A DNA stretch of 35,608 nt from a virus (IMGVR_UViG_3300044266_000226:1-35608), one strand, 5' to 3'; positions 26,462 through 33,957 are shown, numbered from the stretch's first letter. Numbers and translations: made by a program. The notes: generated by a model not told the origin, from the sequence alone.

Positions 26462-26732
26462 AATGTCCGCTGTTACTGAGTATGATGATTTTGATCCTAA
26501 GAAGATTTACAACGACCTGATTGGTCGTGCAAAACAAGCCAAAGAATGGTTTGTATCTTGTTATATTGAAGAAGAATGGGTGCCAAAGGGAGAACCATTA
26601 CCTTTTGACCTCTCCATTCGAGACGGAGTATTTACTTGTCGTGTAGTTTGCTTGACTTATACTGAAGCACAAACTATCGTTGCAAATACTCTACCTGTAA
26701 TTAAATTTATTGAGCATCCAGATGAAAAGTAA
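26454..26732 (+). CDS. Hypothetical protein
   Basis: ORF tiling; start may be ATG 26463. Confidence 0.65.
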   Translation: MNKMSAVTEYDDFDPKKIYNDLIGRAKQAKEWFVSCYIEEEWVPKGEPLPFDLSIRDGVFTCRVVCLTYTEAQTIVANTLPVIKFIEHPDEK

Positions 26733-27009
26733 AATTGAAGAAACCCTTGTAATTCTACAAGAAGAATGTGCCGAAGTAATTCAATCCGCATCTAAGATTC
26801 TACGTTTTGGTTTCCAATCTCGGTATCCTACCCAAGAAAGTGCCTCAACAAAAGAATGTTTGGAGATGGAAGCAGGTCAATTGCTTTGTATGATTGGTCT
26901 ATTGGTTGACCAAGGAGCAATTAACGAAGATGCAATGATTGCTGCAATGGAATATAAAAAGGAAAAGTTAAAAACTTGGTCGAGTATATTTAATGCAGAT
27001 ACAGATTGA
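26722..27009 (+). CDS. MazG-like NTP pyrophosphohydrolase-fold protein
   Basis: LQEECAEVIQ..SKI.RFG, LEMEAGQL (usual Asp appears as Gln), K..KL..W. Confidence 0.7.
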   Translation: MKSKIEETLVILQEECAEVIQSASKILRFGFQSRYPTQESASTKECLEMEAGQLLCMIGLLVDQGAINEDAMIAAMEYKKEKLKTWSSIFNADTD

Positions 27010-27127
27010 TTTAGAATATTTACTGTCATTCCTGAATAAAGTATATGTTTGGTCTCCTAAAGATAGTTACATTAGGAACGAGATAGGAAAATTTATGGAT
27101 GAGTTGAAACGCCACAGGCCACAATGA
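26993..27127 (+). CDS. 44-aa hypothetical protein (not in ORF track)
   Basis: MQIQIDLEYLLSFL...; ends in ATGA overlap with the epimerase. Confidence 0.55.
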   Translation: MQIQIDLEYLLSFLNKVYVWSPKDSYIRNEIGKFMDELKRHRPQ

Positions 27128-27972
27128 AGAATAATAAGATATTAGTTACTGGTTCAGAAGGATATATTGGCCAACACCTTTGTTATGCTTTAGAGAAACA
27201 CGGATTCGAAATATACAAACTAGACAAGTATTTCGAAAACCGTGGTGCATATACATTTGAGGTTGATTTAAGAAAGCCACAAGATATACGCAGAGCTGGA
27301 CTAGACAAGTATGAGTTTGATGTCATCATTCATTTGGCGGCTTTGGTACAAGTTGGTGAATCTGTGGAATATCCAACTGCATACTATAATACGAATATTA
27401 ACGGTACACATTGGTTGAGGAATATTGTACCGCATAGAAAGTTTGTTTTTGCCTCAACTGGTGCGGCTGAAGGCATGGCATCTCCTTATGCAATCTCTAA
27501 GAAGGTTGCTGAAGATATGTTGATTGAACAAGAACCTGATTGTACAATTTTTAGGTTCTATAATGTAATTGGTTCTGAAGGATTTGAACCGACTAATCCG
27601 GATGGTTTGTTTTATAATTTGGTAAAGTCATTGGAAACAAAGAAGATGACTATATATGGCAAAGACTATGATACCAGAGATGGTACAGCAATTCGTGAAT
27701 ATGTCCATGTAATGGATATTTGCCGTGCTTTGATGAAAGCAATTACTGACCCATCAACCAATCGTATTGAGAATTTGGCGTATGGTGATACCAGAACAGT
27801 CAAAGAGATTGTACAGACGTTTTATAAAGTAAATGAAATACCAGAGAATGGTATTACTATTGAATATGCTCCAAGGCGAGACGGTGACTTGGAAGCCTGT
27901 TATTTGGATAACCCATCACCGTTTATGATAAGAAACTACACTTACGAAGAAATGCTGAAATGGAATCCATAA
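27124..27972 (+). CDS. galE: NAD-dependent epimerase/dehydratase (UDP-glucose 4-epimerase-like)
   Basis: VTGSEGYIG, HLAA...VGES, YAISK, RFYNV, DGTAIREYVHV, RRDGD. Confidence 0.85.
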   Translation: MKNNKILVTGSEGYIGQHLCYALEKHGFEIYKLDKYFENRGAYTFEVDLRKPQDIRRAGLDKYEFDVIIHLAALVQVGESVEYPTAYYNTNINGTHWLRNIVPHRKFVFASTGAAEGMASPYAISKKVAEDMLIEQEPDCTIFRFYNVIGSEGFEPTNPDGLFYNLVKSLETKKMTIYGKDYDTRDGTAIREYVHVMDICRALMKAITDPSTNRIENLAYGDTRTVKEIVQTFYKVNEIPENGITIEYAPRRDGDLEACYLDNPSPFMIRNYTYEEMLKWNP

Positions 27973-28169
27973 AAATAACCGGTATGATATTTTTCATAAT
28001 CATAGTATACTCACTTATGGGTAACGATGATTACCACAAAATGTTTGACAAACCTTATACAATCCGTTATGATTGTACTGAGATTGGTCGTGATGCACCA
28101 GAAGAAATCCTTGAAAAATGTATGAACACAAATGAAAGATATATCAATGTTAAAGCCTATAAAGAATAA
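27960..28169 (+). CDS. Small protein with N-terminal TM helix
   Basis: Hydrophobic N-terminus, YDC...P.E..EKC. Confidence 0.65.
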   Translation: MESIKITGMIFFIIIVYSLMGNDDYHKMFDKPYTIRYDCTEIGRDAPEEILEKCMNTNERYINVKAYKE

Positions 28170-28413
28170 ACTGGTAATTCAGTTAGATAACACCGAAAAA
28201 GAAACTGTACTGGATTCTGGTATTGTATTGACTACCAAAGACCGAGACGAAGCTCAAAGAGCAAAGGTTGTGGCAGTAGGTCCTGATGTTGAATTTGTCA
28301 AAGAAGGTGACATTGTTTTGCCAAACTGGAATGCCGCAGAAGAAACCAAATTTGAACGAGAGAAGTACTTTATCATCAAAGAAGATGAAATTGTAATGAT
28401 CCTTGAGGAATAA
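28147..28413 (+). CDS. groES: GroES-family co-chaperonin
   Basis: LKP..NKL, SGIVL, VVAVGP...VKEGDIVL, E.EI. Confidence 0.9.
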   Translation: MLKPIKNKLVIQLDNTEKETVLDSGIVLTTKDRDEAQRAKVVAVGPDVEFVKEGDIVLPNWNAAEETKFEREKYFIIKEDEIVMILEE

Positions 28414-28468
28414 CTGTACTTCTCTTAGAACAGGATAGTTAGTAGATTAAAGAATATTTCAATTTCCA

Positions 28469-28615
28469 TTACATACCACGGATAGAATAGAAGTCACGAA
28501 CTAAACGATCCACATCAGCATGAGTTGCTGGATTCTTGGACTTGATGTAATATTCCAATTGTGAATGTGTTCTGACAAAGTTGATAGAATTGATAATGGT
28601 CTTGATGATTTTCAT
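28469..28615 (-). CDS. 48-aa protein on the minus strand (DUF3563-like, tentative; not in ORF track)
   Basis: AAGGA RBS; MKIIKTIINSINFVRTHSQLEYYIKSKNPATHADVDRLVRDFYSIRGM; own late promoter. Confidence 0.7.
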   Translation of the reverse strand: MKIIKTIINSINFVRTHSQLEYYIKSKNPATHADVDRLVRDFYSIRGM

Positions 28616-28674
28616 TTTATGTCCTTTTGAGATTTAAATTTGAACACCAATCGTATTAGTGTTCCCTATATTAG

Positions 28675-28682
28675 TATTTATA
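28675..28682 (-). promoter_or_regulatory. T4 late promoter TATAAATA
   Basis: TATTTATA on the + strand, 59 bp upstream of the minus-strand ORF. Confidence 0.75.
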
Positions 28683-28691
28683 CTTAGTTTA

Positions 28692-28706
28692 TGTTGTATA
28701 GCAACA
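28692..28706. promoter_or_regulatory. 15-bp palindromic site
   Basis: TGTTGTATAGCAACA (extends to ATGTTG...CAACAT) between divergent genes. Confidence 0.55.
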
Positions 28707-28725
28707 TTTTTTATATGGAGAAATT

Positions 28726-28977
28726 ATGCCACGACCAAGTTATTATTATTCTGAAAGTGAATGGAATAGATTGGGATGTGGAGAACTACCACCAGAAAGG
28801 AATATAAAAATGACTACTTTTACATCCGAAGATAGAGAAGAAGCCGAAAAACGACAGAGATTGATGAATGAGTTACAAGGTCTACCTGATGATTGGGATG
28901 CGACCTCCAGTAAATGGCCATTCACCAAAGAAGATGAATTGGGAGAAGATGAAATACCTAAGTTAAAGGAAGAATAA
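28726..28977 (+). CDS. Hypothetical protein
   Basis: GGAG RBS; a second RBS (AAGGA) before internal MTTFTSED suggests two starts. Confidence 0.65.
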   Translation: MPRPSYYYSESEWNRLGCGELPPERNIKMTTFTSEDREEAEKRQRLMNELQGLPDDWDATSSKWPFTKEDELGEDEIPKLKEE

Positions 28978-29252
28978 TGTATCAGACCGAAATCCAGTTT
29001 TTCTGGCCGCTCACCGAGCAGATTCCATTGGACTTGGATTATACTGGTTGTGTGACGAAAAATACCTTAAAGTATAATGCTTCTCTTGCTGGTGGTACCG
29101 GTGTGACATTTACACATGGTAATGGTACACCTGTATGGACCACTTCTATTAATGTTGATGCGAATACTATTACCGTCACATCAAAGAATCTACCACCACT
29201 ACATCGTAGATTATTATACAAATTATTAGGAATTAACTGGAGACAATCATAA
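28977..29252 (+). CDS. Hypothetical protein
   Basis: AAGGA RBS; FWPLTEQIPLDLDY motif. Confidence 0.7.
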   Translation: MYQTEIQFFWPLTEQIPLDLDYTGCVTKNTLKYNASLAGGTGVTFTHGNGTPVWTTSINVDANTITVTSKNLPPLHRRLLYKLLGINWRQS

Positions 29253-29386
29253 TGGGATTATTATTTGAACGCAAGGTACAGAAGATATCTTCTTCTACCA
29301 CTAGAACCACCACCAAAAATAAAAAGACTGGTAAGGTTTCTACCAAACTGACCACCAAGACCAGAAAGCCACGAAAAAGAAAATGA
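29252..29386 (+). CDS. 44-aa very basic K/R/T-rich peptide (not in ORF track)
   Basis: GGAG RBS; TAATG and ATGA coupling on both sides. Confidence 0.65.
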   Translation: MGLLFERKVQKISSSTTRTTTKNKKTGKVSTKLTTKTRKPRKRK

Positions 29387-29565
29387 CAGAATTATTAGGA
29401 TTTATTGGGTTCATTGTAACCCTTTTAATAGTAATACCGGCCTCCTTACTGGCCTGCATCCAGATTTTGAAAGAACCCGTCAAAGAGATTCTTAATCTGT
29501 GGTTTACCCTTTTTGACGAAATACTCTCCATTTACGAGGACATTAAAAATGCTTTTAAGAAGTAA
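29383..29565 (+). CDS. Small membrane protein
   Basis: N-terminal TM helix and amphipathic tail. Confidence 0.65.
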   Translation: MTELLGFIGFIVTLLIVIPASLLACIQILKEPVKEILNLWFTLFDEILSIYEDIKNAFKK

Positions 29566-29929
29566 AACGACACGTGCGACACTTACCATCCTAGTACCAC
29601 TCGGTCTACTCTTTTTCTCCAGCGCTTCCGAGGCTAGCGTCTATTCCTACGTTATTGGCCAATCCACAGGAGAATCCAACGCACATTACGAATCCCAACA
29701 AAAGGATAGAGCCGAAGGTCGTATCTCATGCGTTCCTCAGTTACCTCAGGATCCCAACTATAACCTCTGGACTTGCTCAGACGCATATGGTAACAAATAC
29801 GAAAATATGGTTATCACACTAAAGTCAGAAATCGAAAACCTCAAAGGTAAGAAACTGGCCGCTGGTCTCAACGGTATTCTCGGACCTAAACCACAAACAC
29901 CTCCTCCACCACCTCCTAAGAAACCCTAA
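29549..29929 (+). CDS. Secreted protein with poly-Pro C-terminus
   Basis: GAGG RBS before ATG 29549; signal peptide ending ASEA; two Cys; PPPPPPKKP. Confidence 0.65.
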   Translation: MLLRSKTTRATLTILVPLGLLFFSSASEASVYSYVIGQSTGESNAHYESQQKDRAEGRISCVPQLPQDPNYNLWTCSDAYGNKYENMVITLKSEIENLKGKKLAAGLNGILGPKPQTPPPPPPKKP

Positions 29930-29945
29930 CCTCTAAGGATATATC

Positions 29946-30140
29946 ATGGTATTCTATAACATTCTCGGTATGCTTCTAATCTACTTTTGGAACCTATTCA
30001 TTCTAGTGGGCTCCGTATATCTTATAGACCAATGTGATTGGTCCAAGTGGACCTTAGTGGGCACTATCTTTTTCATATGGAGTTGGAAACCAGAATGGCC
30101 AAAGAAAGAAGAACAGGAACCTTCTAAGATTATTCTATGA
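29946..30140 (+). CDS. Small two-TM membrane protein
   Basis: AAGGA RBS; hydrophobic segments. Confidence 0.7.
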   Translation: MVFYNILGMLLIYFWNLFILVGSVYLIDQCDWSKWTLVGTIFFIWSWKPEWPKKEEQEPSKIIL

Positions 30141-30415
30141 GAGTAGAAAAAACGTGGGTATCAGGAGGTCTACCAAACCTCTATTATTATACTGATGAAA
30201 GAGGTCGTATTATCGGAGAGACCGGTATCGTAGGCACAGGTAACACCAATAAATTCTCCACATCCATCTATCCAGACATAAACTCAGTACAATCTTTAGG
30301 AATGTATATTTCTTCTATATGTGCTCAGAAGGCCATAGAAGGATGGTGGAAGATGCAAGATAATATCTACGACATGCAAGGTACTATACTAGAGAAACCA
30401 AGGATGACAGAATGA
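30137..30415 (+). CDS. Hypothetical protein
   Basis: Coupled ORF; YYY.DE.GRIIGE...LGMYI....A.KAIE.WW. Confidence 0.7.
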   Translation: MRVEKTWVSGGLPNLYYYTDERGRIIGETGIVGTGNTNKFSTSIYPDINSVQSLGMYISSICAQKAIEGWWKMQDNIYDMQGTILEKPRMTE

Positions 30416-30903
30416 TATACGAAACCCACCATTGGAAGAATATCTGTGATATTGTAAGAAATATTGCTTTAAATCACATTTTTCCTTATATTGAAAGCAA
30501 TAATAATAGATCCAAGAATATCTCAGAATTGTTCGAACTGCAATCAGCGAAATACTTTACTTCCATCGGTATACCTACTAAGTCATGTACCAATGATAAA
30601 CAACCTGACTTAGTGTTCCTTTCTACCGGTGAACCATGTGAGATTAAAGTAACTAGTTCATGGAAGAATAGAAAATGGATGGGTGGCGAATACTCTAAGA
30701 GAAACTCTGAGTATATTCTTATTTCTTGGAGATATATAGAACCAGTAACCACATTGTTTGGTGAACAACCAGAATCATTAGAGTTCTCTGTAATTAATAC
30801 TTACCTCACACAAGACGATTGGGAACCTTGTGGTAAGAACTTCTCTGGTACAAAGGTTACCGAGAAGTCCCTCTCCGGGAAAAAAATTAAAATCCTCGTA
30901 TAG
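30412..30903 (+). CDS. PD-(D/E)xK restriction-endonuclease-like protein
   Basis: E in SELFE helix, QPDLVF, CEIKVT. Confidence 0.65.
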   Translation: MIYETHHWKNICDIVRNIALNHIFPYIESNNNRSKNISELFELQSAKYFTSIGIPTKSCTNDKQPDLVFLSTGEPCEIKVTSSWKNRKWMGGEYSKRNSEYILISWRYIEPVTTLFGEQPESLEFSVINTYLTQDDWEPCGKNFSGTKVTEKSLSGKKIKILV

Positions 30904-30990
30904 CCTCCCGAAAAAAATTTCGAATCCTTGAGTTCCGGCTGGAAAAAACTTTTTGGAAATAAAGAGTTTGACCTGGAAGCAAATTTTTTT
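30873..30990. repeat. Four imperfect ~31-34-bp spaced G-A-tract-T-tract units
   Basis: ccgggAAAAAAAtt, cccgAAAAAAAttt, ctggAAAAAActtttt, ctggAAgcAAAttttttt. Confidence 0.65.
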
Positions 30991-31030
30991 ATTATTATAA
31001 TCATACACTTGCGTGCGCTTCTCTCAGCGT

Positions 31031-31087
31031 ACCAGAGCCACACCAGAGCCCCTGCCATAATACTCCAGCAGTCCGGTCGAGTATTAT
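31031..31087. repeat. ACCAGAGCC direct repeat (x2) and 9-bp inverted repeat
   Basis: ACCAGAGCC at 31031 and 31042; ATAATACTC (31057-31065) / GAGTATTAT (31079-31087). Confidence 0.7.
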
Positions 31088-31127
31088 CCGCAACCTTTTC
31101 AATAGCTTAGCGCCCTCAAAAATAACG

Positions 31128-31156
31128 CTTTACATTTTCCGTGGATCCTGTATACT
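31128..31156 (+). promoter_or_regulatory. Early sigma70-type promoter
   Basis: CTTTAC-17 bp-TATACT with A-rich upstream element; resembles T4 early promoters. Confidence 0.65.
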
Positions 31157-31186
31157 CCAAGAGTGGTAGAAATTTTGCGGAATTGC

Positions 31187-31204
31187 TGTTGTTTCCATAC
31201 AACA
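31187..31204. promoter_or_regulatory. 18-bp palindromic operator-like site
   Basis: TGTTGTTTCCATACAACA between the promoter and the 31245 gene. Confidence 0.75.
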
Positions 31205-31244
31205 CTTTTCCAATAAATTCAAAATTTTATTATATTAGGATTAT

Positions 31245-31550
31245 ATGAATATTAACAGTTTATCATTATCAGAATTAAGAGCATTATTATCTAAAGTAGA
31301 ATCCGAGCTCGCCAATATCGATTCGGAAGCAGCTATCTGTAATAATATTGCTAAATCATTTACTGGTAAAGCATATACTATCGAATATAATAAAAAACTA
31401 AAAGCCGATATTCAGATCCAATTAGATATACTTGAATTTATGAATAATGGCGGTATTATCAGATTTAGCGCCCATTCTGGTAAGCTTAATAATAAAGCAG
31501 TAAGAGGCGCAAAAGCAGGTAAGCGATTATATAATAAATTCGCTGTATAA
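31245..31550 (+). CDS. Early hypothetical protein
   Basis: AGGA RBS; N-terminus INSLSLSELRALL resembles that of the next gene (INSLSIIEKRNLV). Confidence 0.7.
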   Translation: MNINSLSLSELRALLSKVESELANIDSEAAICNNIAKSFTGKAYTIEYNKKLKADIQIQLDILEFMNNGGIIRFSAHSGKLNNKAVRGAKAGKRLYNKFAV

Positions 31551-31601
31551 TCAAGTAGCATTATCATTATTACCATTTTACATTAACTTATAGGACATTA
31601 T

Positions 31602-31817
31602 ATGACTACATTCGATATTAACTCATTATCTATTATTGAAAAACGCAACCTCGTAAAATCTCTCCGTGAGGCTATTAAAAATGAGGTTATTCTCAATAAA
31701 GCTATTAAGATTAACCAGAAAGCAGCTAAAGAGCAAGCTAAAAAGGATAGAATCCAAAAATCTATTATGGCCGCTCAAGAAAAACTGGCTAAATTACAAG
31801 CTAAATTAGCATCATAA
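31602..31817 (+). CDS. Early basic coiled-coil protein
   Basis: AGGA RBS; K/A-rich helix. Confidence 0.7.
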   Translation: MTTFDINSLSIIEKRNLVKSLREAIKNEVILNKAIKINQKAAKEQAKKDRIQKSIMAAQEKLAKLQAKLAS

Positions 31818-31822
31818 TATAG

Positions 31823-31881
31823 TAATAATATAATAACCTTTGATATTCCACAGCGATTATTAGAGGTTATTAGTATTATTA
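31823..31881. other. Long intergenic hairpin
   Basis: 31831-31845 pairs with 31858-31872 (two G-U), extended by TAATAATA/TATTATTA. Confidence 0.7.
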
Positions 31882-31907
31882 TTAGCTTAAAATGGTAGAA
31901 AGCGCTC

Positions 31908-31949
31908 GGATAATCTCTCAGGATAATCTAGGACGCACTAGGATAATCT
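31908..31949. repeat. GGATAATCT direct repeat x3
   Basis: Exact copies at 31908, 31921, 31941. Confidence 0.8.
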
Positions 31950-32056
31950 GGTATTCAAACTAAGACTCAATGCGAGCACCATATTAGCGACATAATAGCG
32001 ACTATATTACTAAAAGTAATTAAGTATATTATTAAAAGTTATTATCAGGAGAATAT

Positions 32057-32221
32057 ATGACTAAAAAGCACTATAATATGATTGCAGCAGTATTAAAAGA
32101 GAATAAAGCGGATTATAAATTAACTCTGGATTTAGCAATTCAATTATCTAGAGGTAATTCATTATTTGATATTGATAGGTTTATGAAGGCATCAGGTCAT
32201 TCTAAACCATTACCATTATAG
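32057..32221 (+). CDS. 54-aa early protein (not in ORF track)
   Basis: AGGAG RBS; MTKKHYNMIA...N..FD.DRF.KA pattern common in phage microproteins. Confidence 0.75.
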   Translation: MTKKHYNMIAAVLKENKADYKLTLDLAIQLSRGNSLFDIDRFMKASGHSKPLPL

Positions 32222-32229
32222 TGGTATTA

Positions 32230-32389
32230 TAATATATCTCTAATTAGGGGTATATTAGTAATATTATTAAAATAAGGGTATATTCTGTATTTTTGACTAG
32301 GTACATATATTAGCATCGGTACTATTGCATCCTTCACTGGATTATCACTAATACAGGTTACAACATAAAAATATACCCTTATTTTAATA
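32230..32389. other. Short hairpin plus 20-bp perfect inverted repeat enclosing 85 nt
   Basis: 32230-32257 hairpin; TATTAAAATAAGGGTATATT (32265-32284) / AATATACCCTTATTTTAATA (32370-32389). Confidence 0.85.
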
Positions 32390-32407
32390 TTATTAGGTGA
32401 TTATATT

Positions 32408-32593
32408 ATGTTATTATTAAAATGGAATGATAGGGTTGTCCGTTTGGTGAAATATCAGCGGAAAGTATTATTCTCAGATAATGAGGACTGGTTATTATTA
32501 CAATATCCATTATCATTACCAGAGAATAAGCGGAGATTATTATGGGTACCATTATCTACCCGTTTTGAATGGAAAAGGGAGTTTATATTATGA
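32408..32593 (+). CDS. Early hypothetical protein
   Basis: AGGTG RBS; coupled to the next gene. Confidence 0.65.
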   Translation: MLLLKWNDRVVRLVKYQRKVLFSDNEDWLLLQYPLSLPENKRRLLWVPLSTRFEWKREFIL

Positions 32594-32748
32594 AAAGTGT
32601 ATTTTTGGTGGTCTGGAAAATAGATTATTCTGAAGATTTTATTGATAAGATATTCTCCACTTATGATAAAGCAAAAGAATATGTTAAAAAAGAATATACC
32701 GATGAGGATATCCATAATGTAGATATTTACGAAAGGGTGGTAGAATGA
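32590..32748 (+). CDS. 52-aa early protein
   Basis: GGGAG RBS; MKSVFLVVW...IFSTYDKAKEYV...IYERVVE. Confidence 0.7.
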   Translation: MKSVFLVVWKIDYSEDFIDKIFSTYDKAKEYVKKEYTDEDIHNVDIYERVVE

Positions 32749-32834
32749 GGTATATTGATTTTAATGATATTGTAGGTGTTGTTTATGTTGGTATTACTAT
32801 TATGGCAATATTATCATTTTATGGGAGAATATAA
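32745..32834 (+). CDS. 29-aa single-TM peptide
   Basis: ATGA/TAATG coupling; MRYIDFNDIVGVVYVGITIMAILSFYGRI. Confidence 0.5.
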   Translation: MRYIDFNDIVGVVYVGITIMAILSFYGRI

Positions 32835-32980
32835 TGAGAGGTTATACATTTGTTTGCAGTAAAGAGGGATTCAAAAAGGAGTATTTTCCATTAGATAATC
32901 TCGGTGATTATCAGATTAAGCAGTTATTAAAGAGAATGGAGAATAATGGTTATCTGGTAGAATGTGTTAAAGAGGTATAA
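32834..32980 (+). CDS. 48-aa early protein
   Basis: GGGAG RBS; TAATG coupling. Confidence 0.65.
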   Translation: MRGYTFVCSKEGFKKEYFPLDNLGDYQIKQLLKRMENNGYLVECVKEV

Positions 32981-32981
32981 T

Positions 32982-33071
32982 ATGAATAATAACATTTTGG
33001 TAATATTTGTTTTGATTATGGTATTCGCCATTAAGTTATTTAATTATGGTATTGGTTCTGTGTTGTCATGA
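32982..33071 (+). CDS. 29-aa single-TM peptide
   Basis: GAGGT RBS; MNNNILVIFVLIMVFAIKLFNYGIGSVLS. Confidence 0.5.
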   Translation: MNNNILVIFVLIMVFAIKLFNYGIGSVLS

Positions 33072-33078
33072 TACAACG
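33061..33078. promoter_or_regulatory. 18-bp palindromic operator-like site
   Basis: TGTTGTCATGATACAACG, 48 bp upstream of a -35 box. Confidence 0.7.
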
Positions 33079-33126
33079 CTTTTTGGTCTTTCGGCCAAAT
33101 AATGTTAGTGGAAGGTGACATTCTGC

Positions 33127-33155
33127 TTGAGGTTATCTTCCAATACCATTATAAT
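33127..33155 (+). promoter_or_regulatory. sigma70 promoter
   Basis: TTGAGG-17 bp-TATAAT(GG). Confidence 0.7.
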
Positions 33156-33206
33156 GGTGTTTTCTTTGGTTGTGCTCGATTGAAATTTTTGAGGAATTTT
33201 TATATT

Positions 33207-33956
33207 ATGCATTTATTATCAGTAGGTAATCCTAAAACTTTGAAGGGTATGCAGCAAGGTTATAATACCTATATTCTTCATTTAGCGCCTTATACATTAT
33301 CAGGTAAAAATACCTGTCCTAAGGCTACTGCAGGTTGTGCGGCCGCTTGTTTGAATACTGCCGGTCGTGGCGGTATGTTTAAGCGAGGTGAGAATACCAA
33401 TACTATTCAGCAAGCCCGTATTCGCAAAACCCAGTTATTCTATAATGACCGTATGGAATTTATGTCATTATTGGTAAAAGATATTACATTGGCAATTAAA
33501 CAATCTGCCAAAGCAGGTCTTATCCCTGTTATTCGTTTAAATGGTACAAGCGATATTGCATGGGAGAAATATCCAGTAACCGTTGGTAATGTAACCTATT
33601 CGAATATCTTTGCCTATTTCCCCCATATTCAATTTTACGATTATACTAAGGTGCTTGGTCGTAAGATTAACCATATTAGTAACTATTCACTAACATTTAG
33701 TGCGGCAGATGGTAATGATTTGGATGTATTACTTGCTCGCAAGGCAGGTTACAATATTGCTGTGGTATTCGGTATTAAGAAAACAATGCCAATGCCTGAT
33801 AGTTATATGGGTTTGCCAGTATTTAATGGTGATGAGTCAGATTTGCGTTTTTTAGATCCAAAGCAGGTTGTAGTCGGTTTATATGCCAAAGGTAAGGCGA
33901 AAAAAGATACCACAGGTTTTGTAAAGTATCCAACAATTATGATGGAGGCAGCATAG
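33207..33956 (+). CDS. GP88-like Cys-cluster protein
   Basis: CPKATAGCAAACL, IRLNGTSD, QFYDYTK, NY.LTFS, GDESDLRFLD; GAGG RBS before ATG 33207. Confidence 0.75.
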   Translation: MHLLSVGNPKTLKGMQQGYNTYILHLAPYTLSGKNTCPKATAGCAAACLNTAGRGGMFKRGENTNTIQQARIRKTQLFYNDRMEFMSLLVKDITLAIKQSAKAGLIPVIRLNGTSDIAWEKYPVTVGNVTYSNIFAYFPHIQFYDYTKVLGRKINHISNYSLTFSAADGNDLDVLLARKAGYNIAVVFGIKKTMPMPDSYMGLPVFNGDESDLRFLDPKQVVVGLYAKGKAKKDTTGFVKYPTIMMEAA

Positions 33957-33957
33957 T

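Noticed and set aside
393-30752. Many minus-strand ORFs in the track (e.g. 1116-1454, 8199-8699, 9068-9613)
   Set aside because: Antisense shadows of strong + strand genes, with no evident RBS or protein motifs
30778-31110. ORFs 30928-31110 (+), 30778-31008 (-), 30801-31058 (-)
   Set aside because: They run through A/T-tract repeats, lack RBSs and give low-complexity translations; the region is better read as non-coding
30873-32400. CRISPR-like mini-array or tRNA in the non-coding gaps
   Set aside because: Repeats are too short or degenerate with no regular unique spacers; no cloverleaf or T-loop signature seen
33102-33206. N-terminal extension of the GP88-like ORF (likewise 22515-22571)
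   Set aside because: Covers the promoter itself; a downstream ATG has the RBS
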